32,000 nucleotides of DNA from Opitutales bacterium (GTDB lineage: Bacteria; Verrucomicrobiota; Verrucomicrobiia; Opitutales; Coraliomargaritaceae), in assembly GCA_049606355.1 (NCBI GenBank), contig JBMYVL010000005.1:90001-122000 (forward strand). Direction: 5' to 3'. The notes beneath the pieces were generated by a model. The model did not search any database, was not told the origin of the DNA, and saw nothing but the letters and a program-made list of their open reading frames with translations. Below, piece after piece: positions 1 through 8,571 of this stretch. Numbering within the stretch: the stretch's first letter is position 1; each line of letters starts with the position of its first letter. The position numbers and the translations under genes were made by a program.

Positions 1-1
1 C

Positions 2-1672
2 GGCACTTCGCGTTTTCAAGCTACGCTCGATTTGCAGCAACTAAATGGCCACGCGCACACTCAGGGCACAGTCGATCTGCTGCAGTTGCTACCCTCCGGA
101 TTACAACAGCACCTCCCCGATTACCGTTTTGAATCGGCTCCCTATTGTGACTTAAAACTACATTTTGAAAACGGGTTTGCGCTGAGCCGTGCCGAATTTC
201 ATGCGCAGGCCCACAAGCCGCAACTCGCCGGAGTCGCGTTCGATATGCTGCGGACTCGAGGCAGCTATGCGCAGCAGCAATTAGAGCTTAAACAATTCAG
301 TTTCGATCGTGGTCAACAGCACCTTGACCTACACTTGCACTACGATCTTGAAAACCAGGCCTATCAAACGGGGCTGTACGGTAGCATTATCCCCAACGAA
401 TACAATGCACTGATGCCACGCTGGTGGCGGAACCTCTTCAACGATAACTTTCGCTTCACTTCCAACAGTGAAGTCCATGGAGACTTTCGTATTCATGGCG
501 GCAGCTCTCCCTTTCGGACGGATCTCTACTATGGCACGATTCAGGGCAAAGACCTGAGTTACCGAGCGGTACCTATTGATGCAGGCAGCTTAATTGTACG
601 CGGTCGCCGCAGTTATTCAGAGATCCACCAATTGCATGCACGCAGCGGTGAGGGCTTTTTGCGTGGCGATCTACAATTCACGAGTTTTCGCGATGCAATT
701 CGAGCACCGGCTTCGATACGCTATGCCATCAATGCTGAGCTGCCGCTCCAATCCGCACAAAAATTAGTGACCCCTACGATCGCCAAAACTATCGAACGCT
801 TTAGTGCCGAGCAATTGGTTCAGGTCGAATTAAATGGAGCGCAATTCAATGAAGCGCTGTACCCACAATTCGAAGATAAAAGCTTTGTCCACCTCACCGC
901 GAATTCTAAGGGTCCAATACAGTATGCCCGTGTGCCACTTGATTATCTACGCTTCCGCCTCGACGCCGCACGCCGCTTCACTGCGATGCGCGAATTAACG
1001 TTCGGCTTTGCGAATGGAACCGGCACGGGAGCCATCGACATCGACTCCACGGATAAAAGCCAGCCCGCAGAGTTACACCTGCAGCTCTCTTTGAAAGATG
1101 CGGACTACAAGAAATCCCTGCAATCCATGCCAACGTCAGCAGATCTCGAGCGAAGCCTCGAAACCGCGCCCGAATCATCTCCCGACCAAGGACGGGAGGA
1201 CGCACGAGTCGCCGTCGACTTACACGCGAACGGCCCTGCAGATGATTTGTATCAACTGAACGGATACGGATCTTTCATTGTCAATGATGATGCGCTTGGC
1301 TCGATCCAGTTACTCGGCCCATTATCCAAAGTGCTACAAGAAACACCGCTCGGCTTTACGTCGTTTAATTTAAACCGAATGCATGGTGTTTTTTCGATTG
1401 GCGAAGCGCAACTCGACTTTTCCTCGCTCTCCATCGATGGTCCTCAGGCGAAAATTAATGCATCCGGCACCTTGCAACTACGCGACCATGCCCTGGACAT
1501 GCTAGTCGGCGTCGACCTATTTGGTAACATTGTCGGCACTACCAATGGCGTCCAACAGACCATCAAGATGCTGAATCCGCTCAATTACTTACTGCAGTTT
1601 CAACTTACAGGTACACTGCAGCAGCAGCGCTTCCGGTCGCTCTTCGATCCGCGCAATTTTTTACCGTTCTGA
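2..1672 (+). CDS. C-terminal part of a large AsmA/TamB-like envelope protein (5' end outside window)
   Basis: The reading frame is open from nt 2. The TTG at 32 is only the first start-like codon, with no stop upstream. Stop at 1670-1672. The protein is long and beta-rich, with a C-terminus (GTLQLRDHALDMLVGVDLFGN...) reminiscent of AsmA-family C-terminal regions. The family call is by eye only. Confidence 0.5.
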   Translation, partial: GTSRFQATLDLQQLNGHAHTQGTVDLLQLLPSGLQQHLPDYRFESAPYCDLKLHFENGFALSRAEFHAQAHKPQLAGVAFDMLRTRGSYAQQQLELKQFSFDRGQQHLDLHLHYDLENQAYQTGLYGSIIPNEYNALMPRWWRNLFNDNFRFTSNSEVHGDFRIHGGSSPFRTDLYYGTIQGKDLSYRAVPIDAGSLIVRGRRSYSEIHQLHARSGEGFLRGDLQFTSFRDAIRAPASIRYAINAELPLQSAQKLVTPTIAKTIERFSAEQLVQVELNGAQFNEALYPQFEDKSFVHLTANSKGPIQYARVPLDYLRFRLDAARRFTAMRELTFGFANGTGTGAIDIDSTDKSQPAELHLQLSLKDADYKKSLQSMPTSADLERSLETAPESSPDQGREDARVAVDLHANGPADDLYQLNGYGSFIVNDDALGSIQLLGPLSKVLQETPLGFTSFNLNRMHGVFSIGEAQLDFSSLSIDGPQAKINASGTLQLRDHALDMLVGVDLFGNIVGTTNGVQQTIKMLNPLNYLLQFQLTGTLQQQRFRSLFDPRNFLPF

Positions 1673-1676
1673 CGCC

Positions 1677-2273
1677 TTACTGCTTTAACTTCAAAAAGTG
1701 GTCCCACTCACGGTCATAGCTCTGCCCGATTAACGAGCTAATAAAAGGGCGCCAGCGGGGACGCTCTGGCTTACGGATCAAATGCATACTGGCCTGATGT
1801 GGCAGACGGTTGGCCTTCCGAGAATTACATTGTATGCATGAGGTCACGATATTTTCCCACGAGGTACGGCCACCCCGATCACGCGGAATCACGTGATCCA
1901 TGTTGAGCTCTTTGGCCTCGAAGGCGTGTCCACAATATTGGCAGCGGTAGCTATCTCGCTCAAAGAGATTTTCTCGTGTAAACTTAACCTCTTGTGCCGG
2001 CAACTGATCGTATTGGCGTAAGAGCAAGACTTTCGGCACGCGGATTCGCAGACGCACGGTTTGCACATACGCTTCACCATCACTCGGTACACAGGATTCG
2101 CTGTGCGCTAGCCACTGGGCAGAATCCATCATTTGGAAGCTACCATCGAGCGTATTGATAACTTGCGCGTGATCCTGTAGCAGCAGACTGAAGGCACGCG
2201 GGACAGCGACTATGTTCACAGCCTGCCAGAGGCGATTTAGAACCAGTACACGATATTTGAGTCCAGTGCCCAT
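1677..2273 (-). CDS. HNH endonuclease (McrA-like, about 198 aa)
   Basis: ATG at 2271-2273. HNH/zinc motif CQYCGHAFEAKELNMDHVIPRDRGGRTSWENIVTSCIQCNSRKANR. The N-terminal VLVLNRLWQAVNIV... region is typical of the small stand-alone HNH family. Confidence 0.85.
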   Translation of the reverse strand: MGTGLKYRVLVLNRLWQAVNIVAVPRAFSLLLQDHAQVINTLDGSFQMMDSAQWLAHSESCVPSDGEAYVQTVRLRIRVPKVLLLRQYDQLPAQEVKFTRENLFERDSYRCQYCGHAFEAKELNMDHVIPRDRGGRTSWENIVTSCIQCNSRKANRLPHQASMHLIRKPERPRWRPFISSLIGQSYDREWDHFLKLKQ

Positions 2274-2336
2274 CTGGAAACTACTGTGTTAATCGCCAGC
2301 GCTTGGCTGTCAACAGTTGCTTCGAATTCGGCGCTC

Positions 2337-3227
2337 CTAGGTGGTTAATTCGATACGTCGATCGGGCTCGCGAATCTGCGTGCGAAACCAGGTGCGCTGC
2401 TTCTTCACAAGCTGCAGGGTGTTCTGTAGGATTGCCGGTAACAAGTCCTCCCTCGGCAGCGCTCCCTTGAGGTAAGCGATTGTTTCTCGGTAACCGATTG
2501 CCGCTGCCGCGCTGGGGTTACGCTCAATCCCGAGCTTCAGTAAGCCTTGCACTTCCTCGACCAAGCCGTCCGCCAGCATTTGTGCCGCACGTCGCTCCAC
2601 GCGTGCGCGCAAGGCACTCGGCTCCCGCTCTAACAAGACCAAATGTTTGGTAAATTCGGGATACGGCTCCGGGCGCGCCTCAAATTCGGCCTGTAGCTGC
2701 GGTAACGACTTCCCCGCAGCCAGGCAGCGCTCCAAGGCACGCAATACGCGACGTGGATTTTGCTGATCGAGTGTACCCAGCCCTTCCGGACTGGCTTCCG
2801 CCAATTTTTCCAACAAGCCAGTCAAGCCCGCGGTATCATACAGCTGCGCGACGCGCGCTCTTACCGATTGCGAGACCACCACTGTATCAATCACTGGCGC
2901 AAGGAAACTCTTTAAATAAAAACCACTGCCCCCTGTCACGACGATCGATTTCCCACGCGCCGTAATATCCTGCACCGCCTGGTGTGCGGCGCGGTCAAAT
3001 GCCACGATATCATACGGTTCATCTACCTCCCGCACATCGATCAAGTGATGCGGAACACGGGCAAGCTCGGACGCAGTCGGCTTTGCGGTACCAATAGTCA
3101 TGCCCCGATAAACCAACGATGCATCGCAGGAAATGATCTCGGCATTGTGGGCTTCGGCATACTCGAGGGCATACTCGGTCTTTCCGACCGCAGTGGGCCC
3201 TGAGATAATGTGGAGGTGCTGTGTCAC
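2337..3227 (-). CDS. miaA: tRNA dimethylallyltransferase
   Basis: GTG start at 3225-3227, immediately followed by the P-loop GPTAVGKTE. SCDASLVYRGMTIGTAKP, the HHLID motif and the 296-aa length are typical of MiaA. Confidence 0.92.
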   Translation of the reverse strand: MTQHLHIISGPTAVGKTEYALEYAEAHNAEIISCDASLVYRGMTIGTAKPTASELARVPHHLIDVREVDEPYDIVAFDRAAHQAVQDITARGKSIVVTGGSGFYLKSFLAPVIDTVVVSQSVRARVAQLYDTAGLTGLLEKLAEASPEGLGTLDQQNPRRVLRALERCLAAGKSLPQLQAEFEARPEPYPEFTKHLVLLEREPSALRARVERRAAQMLADGLVEEVQGLLKLGIERNPSAAAAIGYRETIAYLKGALPREDLLPAILQNTLQLVKKQRTWFRTQIREPDRRIELTT

Positions 3228-3414
3228 TAAAATTTATTGCTTTCGCTGGAGTGAAACCTGACGGCAATTGTTCGTATGGCAACACAGGACAACTTGCGAC
3301 AGTGCCTCACTGATAGCTCCCAATGCGTGGCATTCGGAAGCAGCATCACTGTGCACGACAGGGACGCAGGTGTTCTCGACCGAAAGCGGCGCACAAAAAG
3401 TTGAAAAACATCGC

Positions 3415-3442
3415 TTGACTTCAAAAGCGCGCATCCTAGTTT
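3415..3442 (+). promoter_or_regulatory. Candidate sigma-70-type promoter for tRNA-Asp
   Basis: TTGACT (3415-3420), a 16-nt spacer, then TAGTTT (3437-3442), ending about 20 nt upstream of the tRNA 5' end. Motif match only. Confidence 0.35.
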
Positions 3443-3460
3443 CTGCCTCTTCTCCTCGGA

Positions 3461-3541
<81 letters not shown>

Positions 3542-3546
3542 AAGTA

Positions 3547-3576
3547 CCCGTACGTAGTTTCACGTGCGGGTTTTTT
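3547..3576 (+). terminator. Rho-independent terminator after tRNA-Asp (possibly bidirectional)
   Basis: Hairpin CCCGTACGT-(loop)-ACGTGCGGG followed by TTTTTT (3571-3576). An A-rich run on the other side could also terminate the convergent minus-strand operon ending at 3603. Confidence 0.75.
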
Positions 3577-3602
3577 ATGTCCGGATCGGTGCTGGCCGCC
3601 GC

Positions 3603-3839
3603 TTATCGAGGCCGATACTTCTTATGTAAATTAGCGGCGCGCTTTTTCAATGCCGCATCACCCTGCGCTTGAGCTGCGAAATCTTCCAGCCCACGCAGCA
3701 AGTCCCGCGAGGGCCTCAGGTTGAGAATATAGCCCTGCTCCAGATAATCAGCGAGCCAGCGCAACGCTGCCCGTTGCTGCGCAGCACTCGACTGAGGGTC
3801 GAGGAGTCGCTGGATCGTAATCGTTTCTTCGTTGGGCAT
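3603..3839 (-). CDS. Small hypothetical protein (78 aa, predicted helical, basic C-terminus)
   Basis: ATG at 3837-3839, 17 nt downstream of the preceding gene's stop. No recognisable motif. Called coding from its position in the operon and its intact ORF. Confidence 0.5.
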   Translation of the reverse strand: MPNEETITIQRLLDPQSSAAQQRAALRWLADYLEQGYILNLRPSRDLLRGLEDFAAQAQGDAALKKRAANLHKKYRPR

Positions 3840-3856
3840 AAGGGCAAGTTACGATG

Positions 3857-4279
3857 CTATTGTTCGGCTTGATTCACAAAATATACAGGCGCAGGCGAAT
3901 TCCCCGGCCGCGTGTAGGTCCCCGCCAAGGCGCAGCGGTCGGCCCGATACTCCAGCTGGTACGTCGAGCCGTCGTAGCCAGTATCTCGGAGGACGATATG
4001 CAGTGCTAACTGTGCCCCTGAGCCCACAAAGCTCGCGGATTCCACTTGAATCGGTGCAGGGTTGAAATAACGGACGACAACACCCTGTGGGCTTTCACTG
4101 TCAGCAAGCACCTCGAGGCGATAACCTCCATCACTGCGCAACCAAACGCCCATGAAGTCGGCCGGTTCGGGGAGCTTTGCCAAGCTCGCCGGGATCGAAT
4201 ATTTGGGTTGCAGCTCCGATTGCCCGAAAACGCTGCACACAGCTGCGAAGAAAAGATTGGCGAAAGCAAGCGTACGCAT
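3857..4279 (-). CDS. Small secreted hypothetical protein (140 aa)
   Basis: Internal ATG at 4277-4279 gives a signal-peptide-like N-terminus, MRTLAFANLFFAAVCSVFGQ. The 244-aa ORF-track version would overlap the channel gene by 265 nt in another frame. Confidence 0.6.
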   Translation of the reverse strand: MRTLAFANLFFAAVCSVFGQSELQPKYSIPASLAKLPEPADFMGVWLRSDGGYRLEVLADSESPQGVVVRYFNPAPIQVESASFVGSGAQLALHIVLRDTGYDGSTYQLEYRADRCALAGTYTRPGNSPAPVYFVNQAEQ

Positions 4280-4326
4280 GCCTTTAACTGCCAGCACAGC
4301 TGAACCGACGCAAGGCATGAATCCGA

Positions 4327-5145
4327 TCAGTCCCGACGGGAGAGACGATCCCCACAGACTTTGCAAAAAGATGCATCGTGGTCGTGATTTTGCCAGCCAC
4401 AGGCAGGGCAAGTGAAGCGATCGTGCGAGCGCGGCGCTCCCAGATGTGTCATTTCCGCAGTTACGATGGCAGTCGGTACGGCAATGATGCCATAGCCGGT
4501 GATCATAATTAATGACGCGACCAACTGCCCGAGGGGGGTCTGCGGCGAAATGTCCCCGTAGCCGACGGTCGTCAGCGTTACGATTGCCCAATACACACTT
4601 TTGGGAATACTGGTAAAGCCATTGGCGGATCCCTCAATTAGGTACATCAATGATCCGAGTACCAGGACGAGATTCACCACCGCAAAAATAAACACGGCGA
4701 TCTTCCGTGACGAAGCGCGCAAGGCACGCAGTAAGGTATTCGCTTCGCCTACATACTTAGCGAGCTTTAAGACCCGAAAGATCCGCAAGACACGCAACAC
4801 TCGCAACAACATCAAGTAATGGGCGCCGGGCAAAATCAGATCGATATAGCTGGGCAGAATCGCGAGCAGGTCGACAATCCCAAAAAAACTGCGCGCGTAT
4901 TTGCTCGGCCTTTCCGACACGTACAGGCGCAGGATATATTCAGCTGAAAACAAGACAGTAATCCCCCATTCGAGGATGTACAGCACCCGCTGTAGTTCTG
5001 CTGACAAGCTCGGTACACTCTCCCAGAGGACCAAGCCGACACTCACTAAAATCGTCAGGATGAGCGCGACATCAAAGGCCTTCTCATCCCAGCGCTGCGA
5101 CTGGAAAATAATACGCCGACACTCGACTTTGAACCGATTTGCCAT
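4327..5145 (-). CDS. Voltage-gated (6TM, Kv/KvAP-like) potassium channel with C-terminal zinc ribbon
   Basis: S4-like arginine ladder [19 protein letters not shown]+ selectivity filter TLTTVGYGD. Six hydrophobic segments. C-terminal CPAC-x11-CKVC. ATG at 5143-5145; the ORF-track start at 5151 is TTG. Confidence 0.88.
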   Translation of the reverse strand: MANRFKVECRRIIFQSQRWDEKAFDVALILTILVSVGLVLWESVPSLSAELQRVLYILEWGITVLFSAEYILRLYVSERPSKYARSFFGIVDLLAILPSYIDLILPGAHYLMLLRVLRVLRIFRVLKLAKYVGEANTLLRALRASSRKIAVFIFAVVNLVLVLGSLMYLIEGSANGFTSIPKSVYWAIVTLTTVGYGDISPQTPLGQLVASLIMITGYGIIAVPTAIVTAEMTHLGAPRSHDRFTCPACGWQNHDHDASFCKVCGDRLSRRD

Positions 5146-5219
5146 GCTCAAACAGATTCTCTCGGTACATGCGTTTGCATGCTTTGATGATTACATCCCT
5201 TGAGCGCTGGGGCAAGCTA

Positions 5220-6113
5220 CTAGCGCGGCGCCAACGCAGCGCTCAGCGACTCCAGCACCTCCAGCGAGCGGGCGCTGGGAATCGACAGGTAATCGCCGAG
5301 GAGCAACTGTACACGGTTGTTTTGGATTGCCGAAAGTTGACCCCAAATCGGGTCTTTTTGTAGAGCCGCAAGGCGTGCGCGTAACTGTGTGGCTTCAGCC
5401 TCGCTGCCATCGTACGTCAAACAAAGGACCTGCGGATTGGCTGAAAGAAGCGCCTCCATATTCAGCTGCGGCCATGCCGATACCGCTTCCGCAGCAATAT
5501 TGCGTCCCCCGGCAATCCGTATCAAATCATCAGGAAACGTTCCTGCGCCTGCGCTATACAAGGCATCCAAACTGTACAACAGCGCCACCTTGGGTCGCTG
5601 CTCGAAAGGCACTAAACTGGTGCGCTGTGAATACGCGGCCACGGTCGCCTCGATCTCGGCAATACAATGCTCGGCGGCCGCGACGCGCTCAAGTTGCTCC
5701 CCAAGGATGTCGAGCACCGAAATGATTCCTTCGATTCCGCTTGCGGTGAACCGCTGCACACGAAATCCCAGATTCCGCAAGCGCTCCACCACAGTAATCG
5801 GGGTGAGACCCGAGACAAGGACCCAATCCGGCTGCAGCTCTAAAATGGCTTCATAGCTGGGTAGATCGAGGCGGCCAACCGAGGGAACCGCCAGCACTGC
5901 TGCCGGATACGTGCAATAATCACTGCGCCCCACCAGCTGCGCCTCTGCACCTAAACTAAAAATTGCTTGAGTCAGGTTCGGCGCCAGCGAAACCACACGT
6001 GGCAACTCGACAGGCGGCGTCTCGACCGGCCGAGGTTCCAGCCGCCGGTCGCAAGCAGCTCCGTGCAGGACCAGTAGCCAAAGGCTGAGCCACAGTATGC
6101 ACCTACCGGGCAT
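5220..6113 (-). CDS. ABC-transporter periplasmic binding protein, BtuF/siderophore-type (Peripla_BP_2-like), probable lipoprotein
   Basis: VVSLAPNLTQAIFSLGAEAQLVGRSDYCTYP and DWVLVSG motifs are typical of cobalamin or Fe-siderophore binding proteins. ATG at 6111-6113 gives the signal MPGRCILWLSLWLLVLHGAAC. It overlaps the Fur-family gene's end by 11 nt. Confidence 0.75.
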   Translation of the reverse strand: MPGRCILWLSLWLLVLHGAACDRRLEPRPVETPPVELPRVVSLAPNLTQAIFSLGAEAQLVGRSDYCTYPAAVLAVPSVGRLDLPSYEAILELQPDWVLVSGLTPITVVERLRNLGFRVQRFTASGIEGIISVLDILGEQLERVAAAEHCIAEIEATVAAYSQRTSLVPFEQRPKVALLYSLDALYSAGAGTFPDDLIRIAGGRNIAAEAVSAWPQLNMEALLSANPQVLCLTYDGSEAEATQLRARLAALQKDPIWGQLSAIQNNRVQLLLGDYLSIPSARSLEVLESLSAALAPR

Positions 6114-6486
6114 CGCTTTTAGTCGAACAATCCGGGCACTCCCCCGAATATATGATTTCACCACCTTTTACGACGAACCCGCGCGGCGCAGGTAGCGGTG
6201 GCAACTGCATCGCAAACGGCAGGTCGAAGACTCGATTGCAGGCACGACAAATAAAATGAGGGTGCTCCCCGCCAGCAGGTAGTTCATACCGACGTGGCTG
6301 CCCGGGAAATTCGACTCCCACAATTTGAAAACTCTCACTGAGTTCGCGGATCGCTCGATTCACTGTAGCCGGACCCAGCCGTGCCACTTTTTGGCGGCCC
6401 ATCCGTAGAATTTCTTCCCGGCTGAGGGGTCGTCCTGCTTCCTGCAGGACCGCATAAATTGCCTCGCGTTGCCGGGTCTGAATCAT
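6103..6486 (-). CDS. Fur-family metalloregulator (Fur/Zur/PerR subtype not resolvable)
   Basis: 127 aa. Winged-helix N-terminus. HPHFICRACNRVFDL plus C-terminal CPDC form the structural Zn Cys4 site of the Fur family. Confidence 0.85.
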   Translation of the reverse strand: MIQTRQREAIYAVLQEAGRPLSREEILRMGRQKVARLGPATVNRAIRELSESFQIVGVEFPGQPRRYELPAGGEHPHFICRACNRVFDLPFAMQLPPLPAPRGFVVKGGEIIYSGECPDCSTKSDAR

Positions 6487-6546
6487 CCGGCACTATTCAT
6501 CCACGCCAGCGAAAGTAGCACAAGCGAATTGCGCAGCTTCGGCCTG

Positions 6547-6948
6547 CTATGCATCCGTCGCAACGAAAACGTCTGCGGCCACTTGAACATTGTCAGCGCG
6601 CACAACCTTACGGTTGCCCTCCGCGAGCACCAACACCTTCGGCTTGAACTGCTCGACCACTTCCGCTTCGACCTGTGCAAACGACATAATCACCAGCAAA
6701 TCCCCGACCGCGCCTTTGTGCGCCGCAGCGCCGTTGAGGGAGATGGTGTGGGAGCCCTTGGGGGCTTCGATCGCATAGGTCTCGAAACGCTCACCATTGG
6801 CAATATTTGCTACCAGAATTTTTTCGTACGGCAGTAGCCCAACCTGCTCCATCAGCGCAGCGTCAATTGCCAGACTGCCCTCGTAATGAAGGGCGCGGTC
6901 GGTTATTTCAGCGCGTAGCAGTTTAGATTTGAGGAGCGAGAGTTGCAT
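6547..6948 (-). CDS. panD: Aspartate 1-decarboxylase
   Basis: [33 protein letters not shown]... contains the G-S self-processing site context. [10 protein letters not shown] and NGAAAH motifs. 133 aa. Confidence 0.92.
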   Translation of the reverse strand: MQLSLLKSKLLRAEITDRALHYEGSLAIDAALMEQVGLLPYEKILVANIANGERFETYAIEAPKGSHTISLNGAAAHKGAVGDLLVIMSFAQVEAEVVEQFKPKVLVLAEGNRKVVRADNVQVAADVFVATDA

Positions 6949-7035
6949 GTGCGTAGTCTTAACAAGTTTGTATATGTGTCAAAAACAAGCTGTGTGCCGC
7001 GTTTTGTAGGCTTTGACAATTTGAAAGTGCTGAGC

Positions 7036-7761
7036 TCACCACAGGCCTAAGGTTTCCATCTGCAAGGTGGCTTGCTCCCCCCAGCCCCGATTCGCGGCAG
7101 GGCTTGCCGGGCTTGGGTGTAAAATTCGCCCATAATCGAGTGCGTGCTGGGATAATGCTTTGCGGGCGCGCGCTTCAGCAAAGGCTCCCACCCCAATCAC
7201 CCACTGCGGCTCCAAAATCTCCACCACCGCACGCAAGTGAGCATCGCAGCATGCATACAGCGCCTCTACTTCAGCGGCTGGCAATTTATCGGGCGTACGA
7301 TTGCGCCCACTCGACTCCATAAAAACCAAGGGGCAATAATTCACCACGAAGTGATCTTTAAAAAATGCTTCCGCCGTACCGAAGCGTGCCTGCATGGTGC
7401 CCCAAAAGCGCCGACCACTGACTTCACTGCGTTGACAAGCAAACCCTTCAATGCGCCGTTTAGGGTGTTCGTTCGCAGGCTTATGCACACTGCCGCGAAC
7501 ACCGATCCAATCCCGCACATGCGCAATTTCGCCAAACGGCACCCCGCATTGAGCCATACCGAAAGGCCCGGGGTTCATCCCCATAAACAGCACTCGTTTC
7601 GCGGCCGCACCATGCTGCTCCAAATAACTACAGTGCGGCTCCCAAGCATAGTCGAGGGGGTTATACACGACTGCGGTTGGTTCCGCAAAATCCAGCGCCG
7701 CCACAGCATCTGAGAGCGCCTGTGCAGCTTCGATGAGAGCCGCGCTACGTTGATTCGGCAT
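7036..7761 (-). CDS. Family-3 (SMUG1-like) uracil-DNA glycosylase
   Basis: YNPLDYAWEPH, GMNPGPFGMAQCGVPFGE and HPSPASPAANRGW closely match the SMUG1 signature motifs as I recall them. Start chosen at ATG 7759-7761; ATG 7780-7782 is also possible. Confidence 0.85.
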   Translation of the reverse strand: MPNQRSAALIEAAQALSDAVAALDFAEPTAVVYNPLDYAWEPHCSYLEQHGAAAKRVLFMGMNPGPFGMAQCGVPFGEIAHVRDWIGVRGSVHKPANEHPKRRIEGFACQRSEVSGRRFWGTMQARFGTAEAFFKDHFVVNYCPLVFMESSGRNRTPDKLPAAEVEALYACCDAHLRAVVEILEPQWVIGVGAFAEARARKALSQHALDYGRILHPSPASPAANRGWGEQATLQMETLGLW

Positions 7762-8053
7762 TGCCGGCCTCCGTTTTTGCATCGCTGTGACCAAGGTCAC
7801 GTGTCGGTGCCACATGATCACGAATACGCTGCTTCAAAACCTTCATTTCAGGAAAGCCCCCTTCTTGTTTGCGATCCCAAACGACTACACCGTCCACACG
7901 GACCTCAAAACGTCCGCCAGTCGAGGACGGGCACAAACTCACCGCGCCGAGCTCTTCCTCAAACGTCATCAGCAGTTCTTGCGCGGTCCAACCGGCGCGC
8001 AGTAACCAACGGCAACCGGGACAATACTCGATTTCTACAGTAGGCTTCATCAT
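7745..8053 (-). CDS. Rdx-family (SelW/SelT/SelH-like) thioredoxin-fold protein, Cys form
   Basis: N-terminal VEIEYCPGCRW (CxxC in place of CxxU), with RFEVRVDG..VWDRK...GFPE typical of Rdx proteins. 102 aa. Confidence 0.75.
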   Translation of the reverse strand: MMKPTVEIEYCPGCRWLLRAGWTAQELLMTFEEELGAVSLCPSSTGGRFEVRVDGVVVWDRKQEGGFPEMKVLKQRIRDHVAPTRDLGHSDAKTEAGNAEST

Positions 8054-8067
8054 AAGGGTATGCTCGG

Positions 8068-8571
8068 CTAACTCGCGCCTACTAACAACACTTCAGTGTA
8101 AGGACGCAAAGCGACTTCGGGCAACGCGGCTACCCATGCCTCTAGCAATTGGCCCTGCACCCTAAGCTGTGGCGCGATATCCAGCAAAGGCTGAGCTACA
8201 AAATCACGCTCAACGAGGCGCGGGTGCGGTAGCGTGAGGCGCTCGGTTTGCAGTTCGACGGCATCATAAAGGAGCAGATCCAAATCGATGGTCCGTGGTG
8301 CCAACTCATCGCCTCGCACACGACCCAAACTCGACTCCACGGAAAGACAGGCATCCAATAAAGCCTCCGGCTGCAGGTGGGTGGTCACTTCAACGACCGC
8401 ATTTAAAAAGTCCTCACCCTGCATGCCAATCGCCCGATTTTCATAAATTGGGCTGGCACGTACCACGCACACGCCATGCGCAGTGCGCAAGCGATCGAGT
8501 GCCGCCCGCATCTGCGCGCAGCGATCGCCCAGATTACTTCCCAGCGCAAGATACGCGCGGCTTAGCGGCAT
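8068..8571 (-). CDS. folK: 6-hydroxymethyl-7,8-dihydropterin pyrophosphokinase (HPPK)
   Basis: YLALGSNLGDR start motif, IDLDLLLY and PHPR motifs. ATG at 8569-8571 overlaps the folB stop by 10 nt. Confidence 0.9.
   Translation of the reverse strand: MPLSRAYLALGSNLGDRCAQMRAALDRLRTAHGVCVVRASPIYENRAIGMQGEDFLNAVVEVTTHLQPEALLDACLSVESSLGRVRGDELAPRTIDLDLLLYDAVELQTERLTLPHPRLVERDFVAQPLLDIAPQLRVQGQLLEAWVAALPEVALRPYTEVLLVGAS

Noticed and set aside
4280-4591. The 5' extension of the 3857..4591 ORF (244 aa), overlapping the channel gene.
   Set aside because: The extension would overlap the Kv channel coding region by 265 nt in another frame. An internal ATG at 4279 gives a clean signal peptide, so the shorter form was used.
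6114-6200. A cobalamin riboswitch or Fur box immediately upstream of the BtuF-like gene.
   Set aside because: There is no non-coding space. The Fur-family coding region runs into and overlaps the binding-protein start, so any control must act further upstream.
7745-8053. A possible selenocysteine (TGA recoding) in the Rdx/SelW-like gene.
   Set aside because: The redox motif is encoded as CPGC with ordinary Cys codons, and the ORF has no in-frame TGA. No SECIS-like hairpin is needed or seen.
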